64,000 nucleotides of DNA, taken from assembly GCF_964204645.1 (NCBI RefSeq), contig NC_134025.1:3162001-3226000 (forward strand). The letters run 5' to 3'. This stretch comes from Tubulanus polymorphus (taxonomy: Eukaryota; Animalia; Nemertea). Both the position numbers and the translations under genes were made by a program. Positions 37,360 through 51,300 of this stretch are shown here, piece after piece (position 1 is the first letter of the stretch; each line of letters starts with the position of its first letter). The notes below the pieces were generated by a model, which made no database searches, was not told where the DNA came from, and was given only the letters and a program-made list of their open reading frames with translations.

Positions 37360-37769
37360 TTTTTTCCCCGCAATTCACCGACTTCTGAAAGTAATATAAG
37401 AACCAGTAATGAGAAACTGCAGTAGATCATAATCGAACTGAAATATCTGATACATACGGCCATCGACAAATTTGACTCGGAGACAGATAGGAATATACGG
37501 AGCCGATTTCCGAGTGGTTTAAATCGATAAAAACAATGCTATTGCAATATTTACGCCGAGGATATTGGTTATAACTGCCGGGCAGATATACATTATCTAT
37601 GTATAACACGAAGGCGATTATTGACAAATAGAACTAACAATACAAACCAATCGATATCAGGAAATCTGTCCCTGGATAGAAATCCAATTTTCTACGACAT
37701 CTATTTATCAACAAAACGCGTAAAGACAAATGTCTCAAATCAAGAGGGCAAATTGACACGCATTCATAC

Positions 37770-38277
37770 TAATGTCTATTTCAACCTGACTTGAGAGCAT
37801 TCCGGGTGGCCTAGCTCAGTCAGTTTTGGTAGTACATACCTGATAAAGGTCTTAGTAGGACCAGAAAGGACGGGCAGTCGACCTAAATCATCATTTTAAT
37901 CCATTTGAAACTGTATTGAAGGATATCCAAAAAGACTTCACTGAAAGGGGTTAAATGAAGAGAAGTGACTCCATGATTTGAAAGTTTAACAATATGTCTC
38001 CATGCCTACATACCAAACTTCAGTTGGTAGGCATGGAAACATATTGTTAAACTTTCAAATCATGGAGTCTCTTTTCTCTCATGAACCCCTTGAACCCCTT
38101 TCAGTGAAGACTTTTTGGATATCCTTCAATACAGCTTCAAATGGATTAAAAAATGATGATTTAGGTCGACTGCCCGTCCTTTCTGGTCCTACTAAGACCT
38201 TTATCAGGTATGTACTACCAAAAATGAGTGAGCTAGGCCACCTGGAATGCTCTCAAGTCAGGTTGAAATAGACATTA
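37770..38277. mobile_element. ~508-bp near-perfect foldback element
   Basis: Arms of ~245 bp (TAATGTCTATTTCAACCTGACTTGAGAGCATTCC... and its reverse complement), small loop near 38018, TA at both ends. Confidence 0.88.
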
Positions 38278-40056
38278 CGACAGATGTTATTATTAGTATA
38301 CGGTGTATGATATAGCAGTCAAGTGTTCGTGGGAATATTTATGAGAGTAATTCTCGCAGGTAAAATATCACGCATCTCGATACATAGCGTGGCGCGCCAC
38401 TCCGCATCTTATCAGAGATCGGTACGCTCCGTCCTGTCCCGAGACTGCTACTCGAGTCAGGGGAAATGAGCGTTGTCATGGTAACAAACTGCTTTCCGCG
38501 GGTACGATATATGTCGCGTTCGTAAGTGGGAGACAATACTAACGTCTGGATTAGAGAAACAAATCACTGACAACTGTTACGCATTACACAAACGATTTCG
38601 AAGAGGCCAACAATTTATATCTATATATGTATTTAGGCTATATGAGATACAATTATCGCGTAAGCCATCAATTTATTCTCTCTTATCAAACTCTTACTGC
38701 AACATTGACTGTTGATGCGTTCAATATTCACATTCGCCTGATGTCAGTACTGCGTCAGTTGCTGTTTGCATTATCCATAGCAACAAATTACCCCTAATAT
38801 AGTTCTCAACACTCCAGACATTATAACTGGAATCTTGTATATCAGATGAAATGGTTTTGTATGAATGCGCAGCAGCGCTGCTGCTGCCGGCTATCATTGT
38901 ATATGTTTTGCAGGCTTTCATGTATGTTTTCGCTCGTTATCAAGAATAAATATATACACTCATAATTTTTCCGGCTGTATTCGCGATTATAAAATAATCT
39001 TTCGTCGAACCGTCGTCTATATATGAAATATGCAACAGCTAGCGAGCCGCTCCCCACAGGGCCGACAGATTTACAGAGTCTACGATCTCTTTCCGATAGA
39101 CGGGGATAATTCCATTAACGGGATTGTGTAACGAACATGATTGCGCGGATCAGTTAATTGAAACGGCGACAGAAGTTGATTGATTTTCAAAAGAGCCATC
39201 GAAGCCGGCTTCGCAGTTGAAAGTCGCCGTCGAAAAAAGCCAATTACATATTGCTGATAAATAAAGACGGCTTCGAAGATGGATGAGTTCATTTGAGACA
39301 ATACAGCGCGGAAAGTGGTAACAGCCAAAACGACCCGATAGATTTCATTTTTTATTGACACGTAATAAATCCTCATTTCTGCCGAAGCAAATCACAGCAA
39401 CCGCAATGTTTCACATGCAATAGGCTAACATAGCTCGAAGATTAGAAATAGAAAATACTGATTCGTTCAGAATTAACGTTCTTGTCATTCATTCCTACCC
39501 GGTATTCGGACCTGTTGTATCGCGTAAATATGGCTATAATCGTATTAACACCAAGTCGTCGTTGATATGTTAATACGACAATCATGAACCACATCAGGAT
39601 ACATTGATGCTATTGATATTTGTTGACCATCTCTTCAGATTAGTTACAAGTGAGATAGTTAATTTAATTAAGATGCCTCAGCGTTGACCGTTAAGATGAA
39701 ACTGGTTATTCCGAGGCCGTTAGGAATCTTACGCTAATAACCATTAAGCGCGCATTACCGACTACTCGAAATGGATTGATACGTAGCTGAAAACTAAGTT
39801 TTCTCGCTGAATTAACGAACGAAGAACCATTCAAACTTATCTTATCGTCTTTTCTGTTGACCTAAGAGCCATGCTAGATACAGTTCTATATCTACATGTA
39901 CCATATTAATGACAGATATCAATGTTAATAGTTTCTTGTTCTTGGACTCAGTTCAACGCAGTCGAAAATTAGATGATTTCCATTGCGATAATTCATGTAG
40001 ACCTAGGCCTATTAGAGTCAACCGAAAAACTGTGGAATCCATTCTATGAACCATTA

Positions 40057-40276
40057 GGCTAAACAAAAATGATACCTTGTTTCTCCGCAGCGGCCGGGTT
40101 ATTTTTGTAAAATATGATAAAATTTTTAAACAGTTCATTTCTATAGCGGCCGGGTCTGTTATGGTAAAATTGATCACGATTTTATAAAAAGTAATGTATA
40201 GGGTAGATAGGCGGGCGGCCGGGTCAACATTTAAGCTCAGCAGAGTGGAGAAACAAGGTATCAATTTTTTTTAGCC
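40057..40276. mobile_element. PIF/Harbinger-type MITE, copy 2 (inverted relative to 14094-14313)
   Basis: Same TIR and TTA target duplication. Confidence 0.8.
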
Positions 40277-41099
40277 TTAATCATTTTTGATTCACAGTAA
40301 AATCTTTTGAAATTGACCAACTCTTTAAGTCATACAACTGCAGTCCTGGCGTTTTAACAGTTACTTTTAAATTTCCTTAACATGTATTGATATTTATATT
40401 ATATATAACTACACAAGTCTACAGATTCACACATCAATGAATTCAAAATTTCAATTTCATTCATTAAATGATCGCATCTTAACTTGCATTGACTACTGGT
40501 ATTGATGTAGAATAGACTAAATATAACCATATACACTTGACAATACAGTCGAGAAATTAAACCAGCATCTTATGACTATCGGTCAATGAAGTCAGTCGAT
40601 ATCCAATCAAGCCGTCTAAAATAGTAGGCAACGATCAGATAGTGACAGAGACTGCAATCCCACTAATACTGACAATATACAGTGGATCAATCACTTGCTA
40701 GATCGGTTACATTGGAAAGCAATTGCCCTGATTGGATCTACAAAAAGCATTGATGCATTTGAAATATTGATTAATCTTTCAACCAATCCATCTTGAATTG
40801 ATGGATTTATAGCAGAAAATGTGACAAACTGTTCCATCAAATAACAACCAATGACGACATCCAGAATGGCCTTTCAGAGAATCTTTCCACAATTGATTTT
40901 TTAGACAATGATAATCAAATATTCGCACTCAATCACACCATGCCAATGGCGATGAACGAATGATAGGATTGCAAAATCTGTTGGTTCTAAAAGAATTTTT
41001 TAAGACCCAGTGTAAATAAATCAGCCCATCCTGCACAAAATAGAATGACAGTATGAATAATTTTCAAATGAATACCTAGGCCTTCATACCGACTGGTGC

Positions 41100-41850
41100 C
41101 CTGGGGCACATACATGTGAAGTTTGATACTCAAAAATGACAGAAACACGGAAGTGAAATTTTTTCGGTGATTTAATGACTATTTGTAATTGATTTACGAA
41201 TAATTAAGGCCCCAAATTTAGTCACAAACACAATTCTATTACATCGAATTCAGATTTAACACTTACACAAATAAAAACCAAACACAGACTTAGAGATTCG
41301 TTATTCTCAGCGCGACAGTTCTGTCAAACCTGGTCAACCCTTCTAAATTACATGAAATATGGCGGATATATGAACTCGTAAACTCGACCCTCACTTACCG
41401 AGGTAAGTTTCTCACCCTGTGTACGGCCAAATGCGTAACAAAATAGCATGAAATATAGCTTTATTTGTGTATGATTAAATAATATATTTAATAGAACTGT
41501 AAGTAGCAGATCAGCATTAAATGAACAGTTTCTATTGTGAAAAAGGAATTGAAACTCGAACTCGATTCAGTTCCGAACTCGCTTAAAACTCGTACTCGAT
41601 TATTTCGCCCTTCTAAAACAACATGGCGACGCTACTAAAACGCTCGCCTGAAGTGTTCTACTCGTAATTCGGCTTGATATGTCAATTATCGCGTAGCCAG
41701 CGAATCCCAATCGACCGAAAACCTTAAGTTTAGCTTATTCTGCGTGTAAGTCGTGCATTAATTTCATTGAAAACATTCAACGTATCTAATTTTATCGCTG
41801 TTTAATTCGGACGGAAAATTGTTTTAGTTATTGAACCGGAAGTAAACAAA
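41100..41850. promoter_or_regulatory. Probable bidirectional promoter region for SNAP (-) and ZNF106 (+)
   Basis: ETS-type CGGAAGT at 41148 and 41837, YY1-like ATGGCG at ~41358 and ~41623, gtaagt donors on + (41403, 41746) and on - (41398, 41266). Confidence 0.5.
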
Positions 41851-42389
41851 CCCACATGGTTGACATATACGCTAAACGAGTTTTGACATGTTGGCTTGGT
41901 GCCTTGAACATCTATGACTAAGATATCTCGTTTAGATGAAAAAGGATTAATTAATCTCGGATATAGAAGTGTTAAATTGTTGTATTCAAGATGGGAGTTC
42001 AACATGTTTCTGAATCTGATGTCGAGGTAGCAAATAATGTGAAAACTTAAGAAAATGACAGAAGTTTGATCGAACTGATTAGTAATTATCAAGTTGAAAT
42101 TCCCTGTAGATTTGAACATATAGTAGCTATATTCATACTGGTATCAAAATACTGTATGTTAGATAAGGGTTAAGGTCAGTTTAGGCTCCATTAGATTTAC
42201 CCAACAAAGTAATTGAGTGAATATCTTTAGCAGTTTGTAGTGATTATATTATGGTTATAGCCATGGCCTGATTAAAAACCATCAGTTTGGATGGGAGTGA
42301 ATGCAGTTTTAATTGTCTCTTACCTAGAATAGTGGAAAGTTGACCTAGACTATATTTCTAGCCGTTATATATTGTTTCAGTCAGTTAAG

Positions 42390-45300
42390 ATGTCAAAGTT
42401 GAAAGATAATAACTGTGATCTTTGTGATATTTCATACGTAACTCGTGAAGTAAGTATTCAGCTTTGAAATCATCAACAGAGTTGCGTAACATTCTCTGCA
42501 TCAAGAGTTTAACTAAAAACATTGCTTGCTTCACAGGAGCTGACTGAACATTATTGGTCTTTGATGCACCATATCAAATTGGAACAACGCAAGAAGTAAG
42601 ATAGAAAATAGTTCGAATCCGTTTCGATTTCATAATTCACGAAAAACGTTCGATATATTTCATTCTTGTCGAATTATTTCAGGGATTCCGTGCACTACTG
42701 TACTATTTGTTACGCGTCTTGTGAAAATTTGACCGAATACAGCAAACATTTAAATGGCGACCAACATCGCAAGGCGTTATTAGAAGAGAGAAAAGCGAAA
42801 CTCAGAGAAAGGTAATTTTGATGATAGTAATTTGTATAGCTCAGTTTTCCATGTAAAACAAAAGTTTAAATGCGCTTCCTTGGATTAAAGGTTGAAATGA
42901 GTGCAGAACATTTAGGTTTTTATGAACGTTTTGAAATGAGTAAGTGACATATTGAACACAGTTTGCAGAGAGTCGATGCACTTATTCCAAAGTCTAAGAG
43001 CGATCCGCGAAAACCTCTCCCGCCTAAATTGACGTTTTCAATTTTGTATTTTCAAATCGTTTATTCTCGATTTAGATTTGGTTTGTATCCTTACTAAATG
43101 AAATGGTTATTTTGAATTATTCAGTGATGGAAGTAACAGCAACGTTCAAACCGATGATTTAGATCACGCCGGGACGGATGACCGATCGAGACCAAGATCG
43201 AGGACATCTAATAGCACCAATTCTGATTATGCGTATAGTAGAACAGGTTGGTTATGATATCTCTTTAGTAAGCTAATAGTAGATACACTCATCGGAGTCA
43301 TAGAAGAATAGAATAATGAAGATGAAATGTAGAATAGATAATCAGGGTGGCCACTGACCTAGAAAACCTGGAAAACTCGGGGAATAAAAAAAAATCAGAA
43401 GTTGACCGATTCCGCAAAAAAACCTGGAAAATTCAGGGAATTCGAATATATTGTTGACAACATGTTTCTTTATAGATAAGTGATTCATGAAAATTGTAAC
43501 TTTTGAAACTGAGAAATTCTTTGAAAAGTGCAGAACACACAAATATAAATGAGTCATAATTTTATGAAAATGTGTCAAGGATTTATCCAAAGCCTAACAC
43601 CTGTACTCTAAGAGGGGATGAACCCTAAAAAAACTGATAATGAGAATTTAGATAATGATGATCATTCTGATAATTTAGTCCGAACAATAATAATATTACT
43701 AATAATACAGAAATAATGATAATAATTATAATGAAAACATTTTGGACTCTCTCAAGACCCTCAGATGTGCTTTAAATCTTATTATCTGCTTACTAAATTT
43801 GATTCTAATTTTCAATTGTAAATCTGAAATTGCACAAATGAATATTTCTAGGTGGCTCGACGGAGCGTTCCCATCCTTACTCCGGAGGATCGTCGTATCG
43901 TAATCGTTCGTTCGAAAGTCAAAACCAGGCGGCGACCAACGACAAACATTATCATCATCATCACCACCACCGCTCCTATTCAAACCGATCGCAGAATTCG
44001 CAGATCGACGAAAATTATCAGCACCATCGTTCGTCGTCGCACCGGCCGCAGCAGAACAACCCGAAAAGAGGTTTCAATAATAAAAAACGAGGCAGAGGGA
44101 ACCGGAGAGAGGGAAATACGTGGCACAGATATAACAGGTGGACGTACCACACAACGGGTAGAGACGCACCTAACGATCTGTATGACGGTTATTACAAAGA
44201 TTGTAATAAGCAGAGACAGTATTGGAATAATGATGATTATCCGATAGATGGCGAGTCGTTTACTAGCGATACGACCGAATTTATACACGGATTTGATAAT
44301 CATTCGGTCGGAGATGAGGTCATACCGCAGCATCGCGATCACTCGCGGTCGAAATCTCAAGAAATGATGGTAGATTCGGTCGCCGTTTGTCAACCGGAAA
44401 CGCAGCAAAGTGTTCCTCGCAGTAGATCGCGATCGCCGTTGAAAATGAAAATACCGAGTCTGTTAGACGCGCCGGTGAAATTGGCCAGCGGTTACGCGTC
44501 GGTGAAATGGCCGATCGGTTACGACGTTTCGACTACCGAGATCGACGAGACGCCGCGCGAGGACTGCGGAAAAACGTTGTTGGACAAAGCTGAGAATTTG
44601 TGTAAAACGTTGAGAGAAAAACGCGAACAAGCGAAGGCCGATCGGGAGAAACGCGAAAAACAGGACGAAAAACGACAGCAACACGACGAATTAGACAAGA
44701 AAATTCAAGATTATTCCGACGTTTGTCAGTCGAAGATCAAGGGTATTTTGAACGAGACGATGGACACGACGGATTTAGGAAGCGTGACGACTTTAAACGA
44801 GACGACGTCGATACGTTTACCGACGTCGAAAGAGAATTTAACATCGCTCAATCAGAGCACGGCGACCGAAACATCGAGCGTTTCGTCTCCGTCGACATCG
44901 ACGACCGTCGGTAAAACGTCGACGAGGAAACATCCGGTAAAAAGCGTCGATTCGGCGAAGGTTAATTTCGTCAAACAAAACGCTGAACCGATGAATAAGA
45001 CGCAACTGATGAAGATGATCAACGCGCCGAGGAGTTTGAAAGAACGGCGACATTTGGAGAAGATTTTAGTCAATCGGCCGAAGAAATCGTCGCGACCGAA
45101 ACTGAATCTACAGCCGCAAGTAGAAGACTGTCAACCGGTAGAGAATGTGGATGTTGAAGAATTGCCCGACGAACTGCGTTTGAAGGTGTGTAGAAAACTT
45201 TGTAGAATATGATAAGTGCAGTAGCTTAATTCGTCACTTATGTCATCACTATTGTTCAGTCATAATTCGTATTTTCATGATTCAATTCATTAAGTGTAAG

Positions 45301-48300
45301 TCGTCTTTGGGATCAATCTGATCGTCACAACTACAATGACTTCTGCGAGTTTGACTGTTTATTTTCGTTTAACTCGCGCGTTATTTTGTGTCTATCGTGT
45401 TAAGGTTGAAAAGCTGTGCGATGTTGAACCGTTGGATTGCGACAGCGATACTCTTCTAGCTCAGTGTTCAGATCTGATCGATTCCAACAGATACGGCGGA
45501 TCTGCTTTATCCGAGAGTCAGTCAAAACGTCGTCATTCTCTGACATCACCTCCGGTATGAATCGATCATTACTAGCAGAGCTACATTTTATCTTTTTCAC
45601 TGTTTAGTTTACAGATTTATGTTTTTTTATTTAAGGTTTCTAGCTTTTCGATGGACACTTTGAATAAAAAGAAAAGAACAGGCGAGTACATGTAGTGGTT
45701 TGTGATACTTTCCTTCCCTGTTGCTGAATATAAAGTAAAGATTTTTTTTTTGTTATTTGTTTCTAGGTTCGTCATCTCGAATGGATATTTCAATGGAAAT
45801 ATCACGCTCTCCATCTACGCCTAGTACAGTGGTTGACACGGGTTGTGGTGAATCTGTTATTTCTGTGAAACAAGAGCCAGTCTGGGTGCCTGAATACTCC
45901 GTTATTCATTCTACAATTCCGCCAAAAATGCCAGAAACAATTCTACCAGCGGATGTATCTTCGAACGTCATAAATCAACAGCCACCTGTAACCTGTGCTT
46001 CTGTCAATGAGAATCCTGATACCGTTCAAAATTCTCCGATACCTCAAATGCCGCAGATCGCTTCGAATATAATGGCTAATCATCCAACATTCTCTGAGCT
46101 GTCCGTGCTCAACAAGGCAACGTCAGTGTTAACCATGTCTGGCAATAATAGAGGTAAATATCTGTGAATTGCCTGACAATAACTCGATACGATATGGTTC
46201 ACGCGCGACAGCTTTTTGTGAATCAACAAACTTCAATGAAAAACCGGTTTTACTCAATTGTTTACAAACTCCTATCATATAAAAGACAAATTTCATTCAT
46301 CTGACTTTTGAAAAGTCTTTATCTGATGATTTAAGGTTTAAAGTAAATTTATTTAAGTCATAAAAATTCCTGACAATACCTTAAAATACTCGAGTGTTTT
46401 GCAGGTTTATGTTCTTTATTCCACTCGGTTAAGAATGGATATTGATGTCCTGTATTGTCATGTTTTAACATGTTTGTACAAGTAGAATATCTCTTCATGT
46501 TGTCATCGAGATGGTTTTGTGTTTTGTGAAATGTGATGTTTCGGAAATTTCAGGAAATCTAGATTTACAGCACATAGATCCACCGACAGCGATGAACACC
46601 TCTCAGGATTCCAATCAGTCGATGAGTCAGGTTTTACAGATTACGTTACGAGAGGAACAGATTCGCAACAATCTAAATGTTATTCATTCTCACGTCGATC
46701 GCTGTAAAACATTACTACGCGAAACACAGAAAGAAATTGAATACTTCACTAATCTTCATGAATTTGTAAGTTTAGTTTTACTGTCGAACCTTGTTACAAT
46801 GAACAAAATGTTCTTTATAATGGACAGTTTGTTAGGTATCATATCATTACTTACCATCAAAGCTTTTAAGGCCTATATACAGACAGCCTCTTAGTTTAGA
46901 TACTTAGTCACGTCCTTTGTGATGTAGGTACGTACCTCTCTTAAATTGTCCTTTATGCAGGTGCTGCCATAAGATAAGTCCAGTTTCTATCAAATAAGTC
47001 TCATATCCAGAGTGAAATTATTGAAATTTTTCCTTTGAAGAAACTCTTGGTCTGAAATATCGGATAAAATGTTATGTCTAAGGTAACTTCCATTTCTATA
47101 CACAATATAATCGTTGCTATATTGAGAATTTTTTCCTCATAGTTGATAAAAGAAGAGGTCAATCTTAGACAACAGAGGCTCAATATCTTAAAAGGTTTGT
47201 CCGCATTCGAATTTAGAAGGTTCAAATAAAGAAATTAGCAGATTATATTTTTAAAATATTCATTTATTTTGCAGGAGCTGTAGGAAATGCGAGTACCTCG
47301 AGTATTCAAACGCCGATATTAATCTCATCACCTCAGACCAACCGAGCTATACATGATGATTCTATAACTAGTCAGTCTGCTAATGATAATACACTGCCTT
47401 CAGCTGAATCTAATAATAATAATAAAAACGTCACGATGGAATATGTCGGTACATTACAATCACAAGTGGCGGCTGAAAAACTACTTCACGAACTGTCTAG
47501 TAATTCTCAGGAAATGAAGAGTAGCACTCCTCAGCCGGGTGTGTTCGCGGTTCCCGAACCGGTTCTCTCAGATATAAACACCGATACCGAGCTGAATCGA
47601 GATTCCACTTATCTTAAACCAAAAAAGAAGCAAACGAGCGTCCGATCGAAATCGACGGATTCTTCGATGACCGATGAGTCGAGCGCGTCGACTTCGTCGT
47701 CGACTATTACCAAGAAGAAGCAATCGAAAAAGAAATCCGATAAGAAGAAACTCGAAAAGAATATGAAGTTGCAGAAGAAGAAAAAGAGTAAAAAGGCAGC
47801 GAAAATGAATAATGATGACGATAATGTTGATATAAGTTTTCTCTACCAATCCAGTTCAGCTACGGATACCGATAGCACCGTTCAAGAAAAAGCTGATTCC
47901 GAAAAACGAGCCGATTATTCGTCGGATATTTCACGCGGCGGTGAATCGAGGAGTAACGCAGACATTCCTCCCGATATGGCATTAGAGATATTATCTGATA
48001 AGCGCTCGCATAAAGAAAAATTCAAGGCTATTCTATTAGACAGTGTAGATACTACTATGCAGGTAACTGTTCAATTCAGTTAAGATTAATCTGACGTATG
48101 ATATTCGAAATAGATTTTGATAAGTTCGTTTTGAATAACTGAAAATTGATAGAAGTCTGGACCCGGTTCCACAGTTGTGAGTTAAGATTTGACGCTGACT
48201 CTAATGAACTCATTAAAAAATGAACTAATTTATAACTCATTAACACTAACTCACAACAGTGGAACTGAATCCAGATTTTATTCGTTAAATTTTCCTACTG

Positions 48301-51300
48301 CTGGTTTTTTATAAGCGTGTATAATCGAGGCATCGTGCGGGACCAGGAATTTCAATATGTCGATGTGAATCATGAAAATTAGAAATAAAACTTCTAGTTT
48401 CGTTCTCTTTCAGATATCGAACACGTGGGAAGACCCGGATTGTATATTCTTGGATAAGATCAGTCCGTATCAGATGGAAACAGACACTTCAGCTTTAAAC
48501 ACGCCGACATCAGTCATGTCATCGCAGCTCTCGTCCGTCGGTAATTCAAGCCGATACCCGGTAGTCGTGTTGAACCGTATCGACGAGGCCAGTAAACAAG
48601 AGAAAATAGCTCAGTTCAAAGACGACCTGCTCCAAATACCCGATTCTTCCCCGAATACGACGAAAAAGAAGCGCACGAAAAAGAAAAAGAAAATTCAAAC
48701 AGATTCTAATATGGGCTCGACGTCGAGTTTGGCCGATTCGAGCACCGAGTCATTCAACGATATTTCGCGTCATGATAGCAGAAATGCGGGGAATTTGAAA
48801 GTATCGCGGGACTTACTGGTGGAAGCTGGCGTGATTTTCACGAATTCCGACGCCGAACAGATGTTATCTGATTCGACGGTGATTAAATCCGAAGATGATG
48901 ATCACAGTATTGTGTCGTCGTCTAACTTAACTGAAAAAAATAGGTAAGTGTCTGGTCTGTATTCAGCTTTCTTCAAGCTGAGTTTCTGCAACATTTTTGT
49001 TAACCATTGATGAAACACTGTCCGTGTTGCAACAATAAGAATGAAAAATAGAGACTGAGATGTTTCCTCGATGTTGGTTTATTTCAATATTTCAACTATA
49101 TCCAAACAATCATTCTCGGGAAGATACTCGGTATTTGTAAAGATGACTATTAAGATATATAGTCGAAAAGTTGAAATGAACTACCAGCTCGAGGAAATAT
49201 TTCATTCACTATTTTCATTTTTTTTGTGGGATTTCATTTTAACGTATGTTTTATTGTTTATGATGTAGTTTACAGCTTGATTTGTCAACTCCTAAATCTG
49301 CTACAAAAGTCATCCGTAGTGTAAAGGAATCTTATAGTTCACTTGCGACACCTGGAGAATTTCTCGGTCATTCGATGCCGATATTCTGCATGCAGGTGTC
49401 CGGAGGTTTTCTTTATTCATGTTCTCAGGACGCATCCATTAGAAAATATGATCTGAAGGTAATATAAACTCTTAACAGGATTTTAAATTTTATTACAAAT
49501 TCAGGGGCTGCTTGTACTACTAATACGTGAAACAATCTTCTTTTTAGACTCATGCATGTGTTCTCAAATTTTCCGGCCATACAAAAGCTGTGCATTGCTT
49601 ATCCGTCACTAGTAGTCCAGAGGACCTGCTTTTCACGGGAGGATTCGACAATATGCTCATCATTCATAGTTCAAAGGTTGGACATTGCTCATTTAGAAAT
49701 ATTGTCTTTGAAAATGAACTTCTACGCTGCAGTAAGTGTAAATCCAACTGAACCTCTTTATTTCAGACCGCAACGATTCTAGATAAGTTTGAAATGGACT
49801 CGAAGCTACACTGCATGCACAGTGCTTGGGGTAAATTATACATAGGCCTCGAAGATGGCTGCGTTCATTGCTTCGATTTCAAGGTAAGAAGGAAAACGTA
49901 GACACTGAAATTTTCAGCCGTGATTACACAAGCGTTTTTGACCCACGCTAAATTTAGCCTTGCCAGATAAGGCCACTGATGCCAAGTTGGTCCATGCATT
50001 CGTGGTATGTTCAAAAACGTCATCTGAAATTTGATATTTTCTCCTTTAAAACTCATCGAAAATCAAACTCCTTATATCCAGGAATGAACAATCTGTTAGG
50101 ACCATAGACTCTAATCATCTCCATGTAATCAACCTCGAAGTGATAATTGATTTTTGTTTATTCGCATTTCAGAGTAATTCAGTAATTGATACATTCAGAT
50201 GTTCGGATCGTCCAATCAGCGCGATCACGTCGACGCGAGAAGGAATACGCAGACTATTATTGGTCGGCTCATACGATACTCTTATTACTGTACGCGACGC
50301 GAACTCGTGGTTATTACTGCGCACAATCGAAGCACACGACAAAACACCACTCAGTATTCGGGTAATTCATCATCTTCAGGGTGGCCACTGACCTGGAAAC
50401 CTGTAATATTAAGGGAATCTTGAAAATCTTGAAATAAAATCAGGGAAAACTCGGGGAATTCGAATATTGTTGCAAAAAAAGAACCTGGAAAACTAAGGGA
50501 TTTTGTCTATGGTATTGACCACACGTTTCTTTATCAATTCTCCTGCCATTACGCTCATATTATTCGGGGAAAACTGGGTAATTTGTAAATGCAGTAAAGT
50601 GGCCACGCAAATGATGTTGTTAAATATTAATTCTATTCATTCGATTAAATGGTAAATGATGATTTCAGGTTCACGGTTCTCAGATATTCAGCACCTCAAA
50701 CGATTACACCGTAAAGGTTCATGATCTTTATGTAAGTAGAATCGGATGACATCGAATTTCTGGTTTCAAAATGACACACACTCGAGTTTTAGATTATTAT
50801 TATAATGATAATTATTATAACAATATACACACGTTCATTACTTACAGACTGCTGGTCATGTATATACATTCCCTAAATTTCCCGGAGCTATGACATCATT
50901 AGCTGTACATAAAGATGTTATTCTAGCGGCTGGTTTTGATGGATTGATTAGGTGCTACGATATAAAGGTGAATTATCTCAATCATCCTCGGTGAATTTCT
51001 CAAGTTCGTAACGATATTCTTATGACATAATTATACACTCTTTCCAGACGTTTCAATTACTCGCGTTGTATTATGGAGCGGGGAAGACACTCATATTAGA
51101 TATGCTTGTCTATAATAATATGGTTAGTCATCAAAGCCAATTTTAATTCGACAATTTATTGAAATGTGACATTGTACAAAACTTTCATTGAAACATGATG
51201 GTTTGTTTGTAGATATTCACGGCTAACAGACATGGCGTCATCGAAGCTATCAGTTTCAATCCTAAAGTTGTATTTCCGTGTAACGTAAGTATTTTTGAAT

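Noticed and set aside
43726-45073. Several overlapping and antisense ORFs
   Set aside because: Shadows of the large GC-rich ZNF106 exon 43852-45185.
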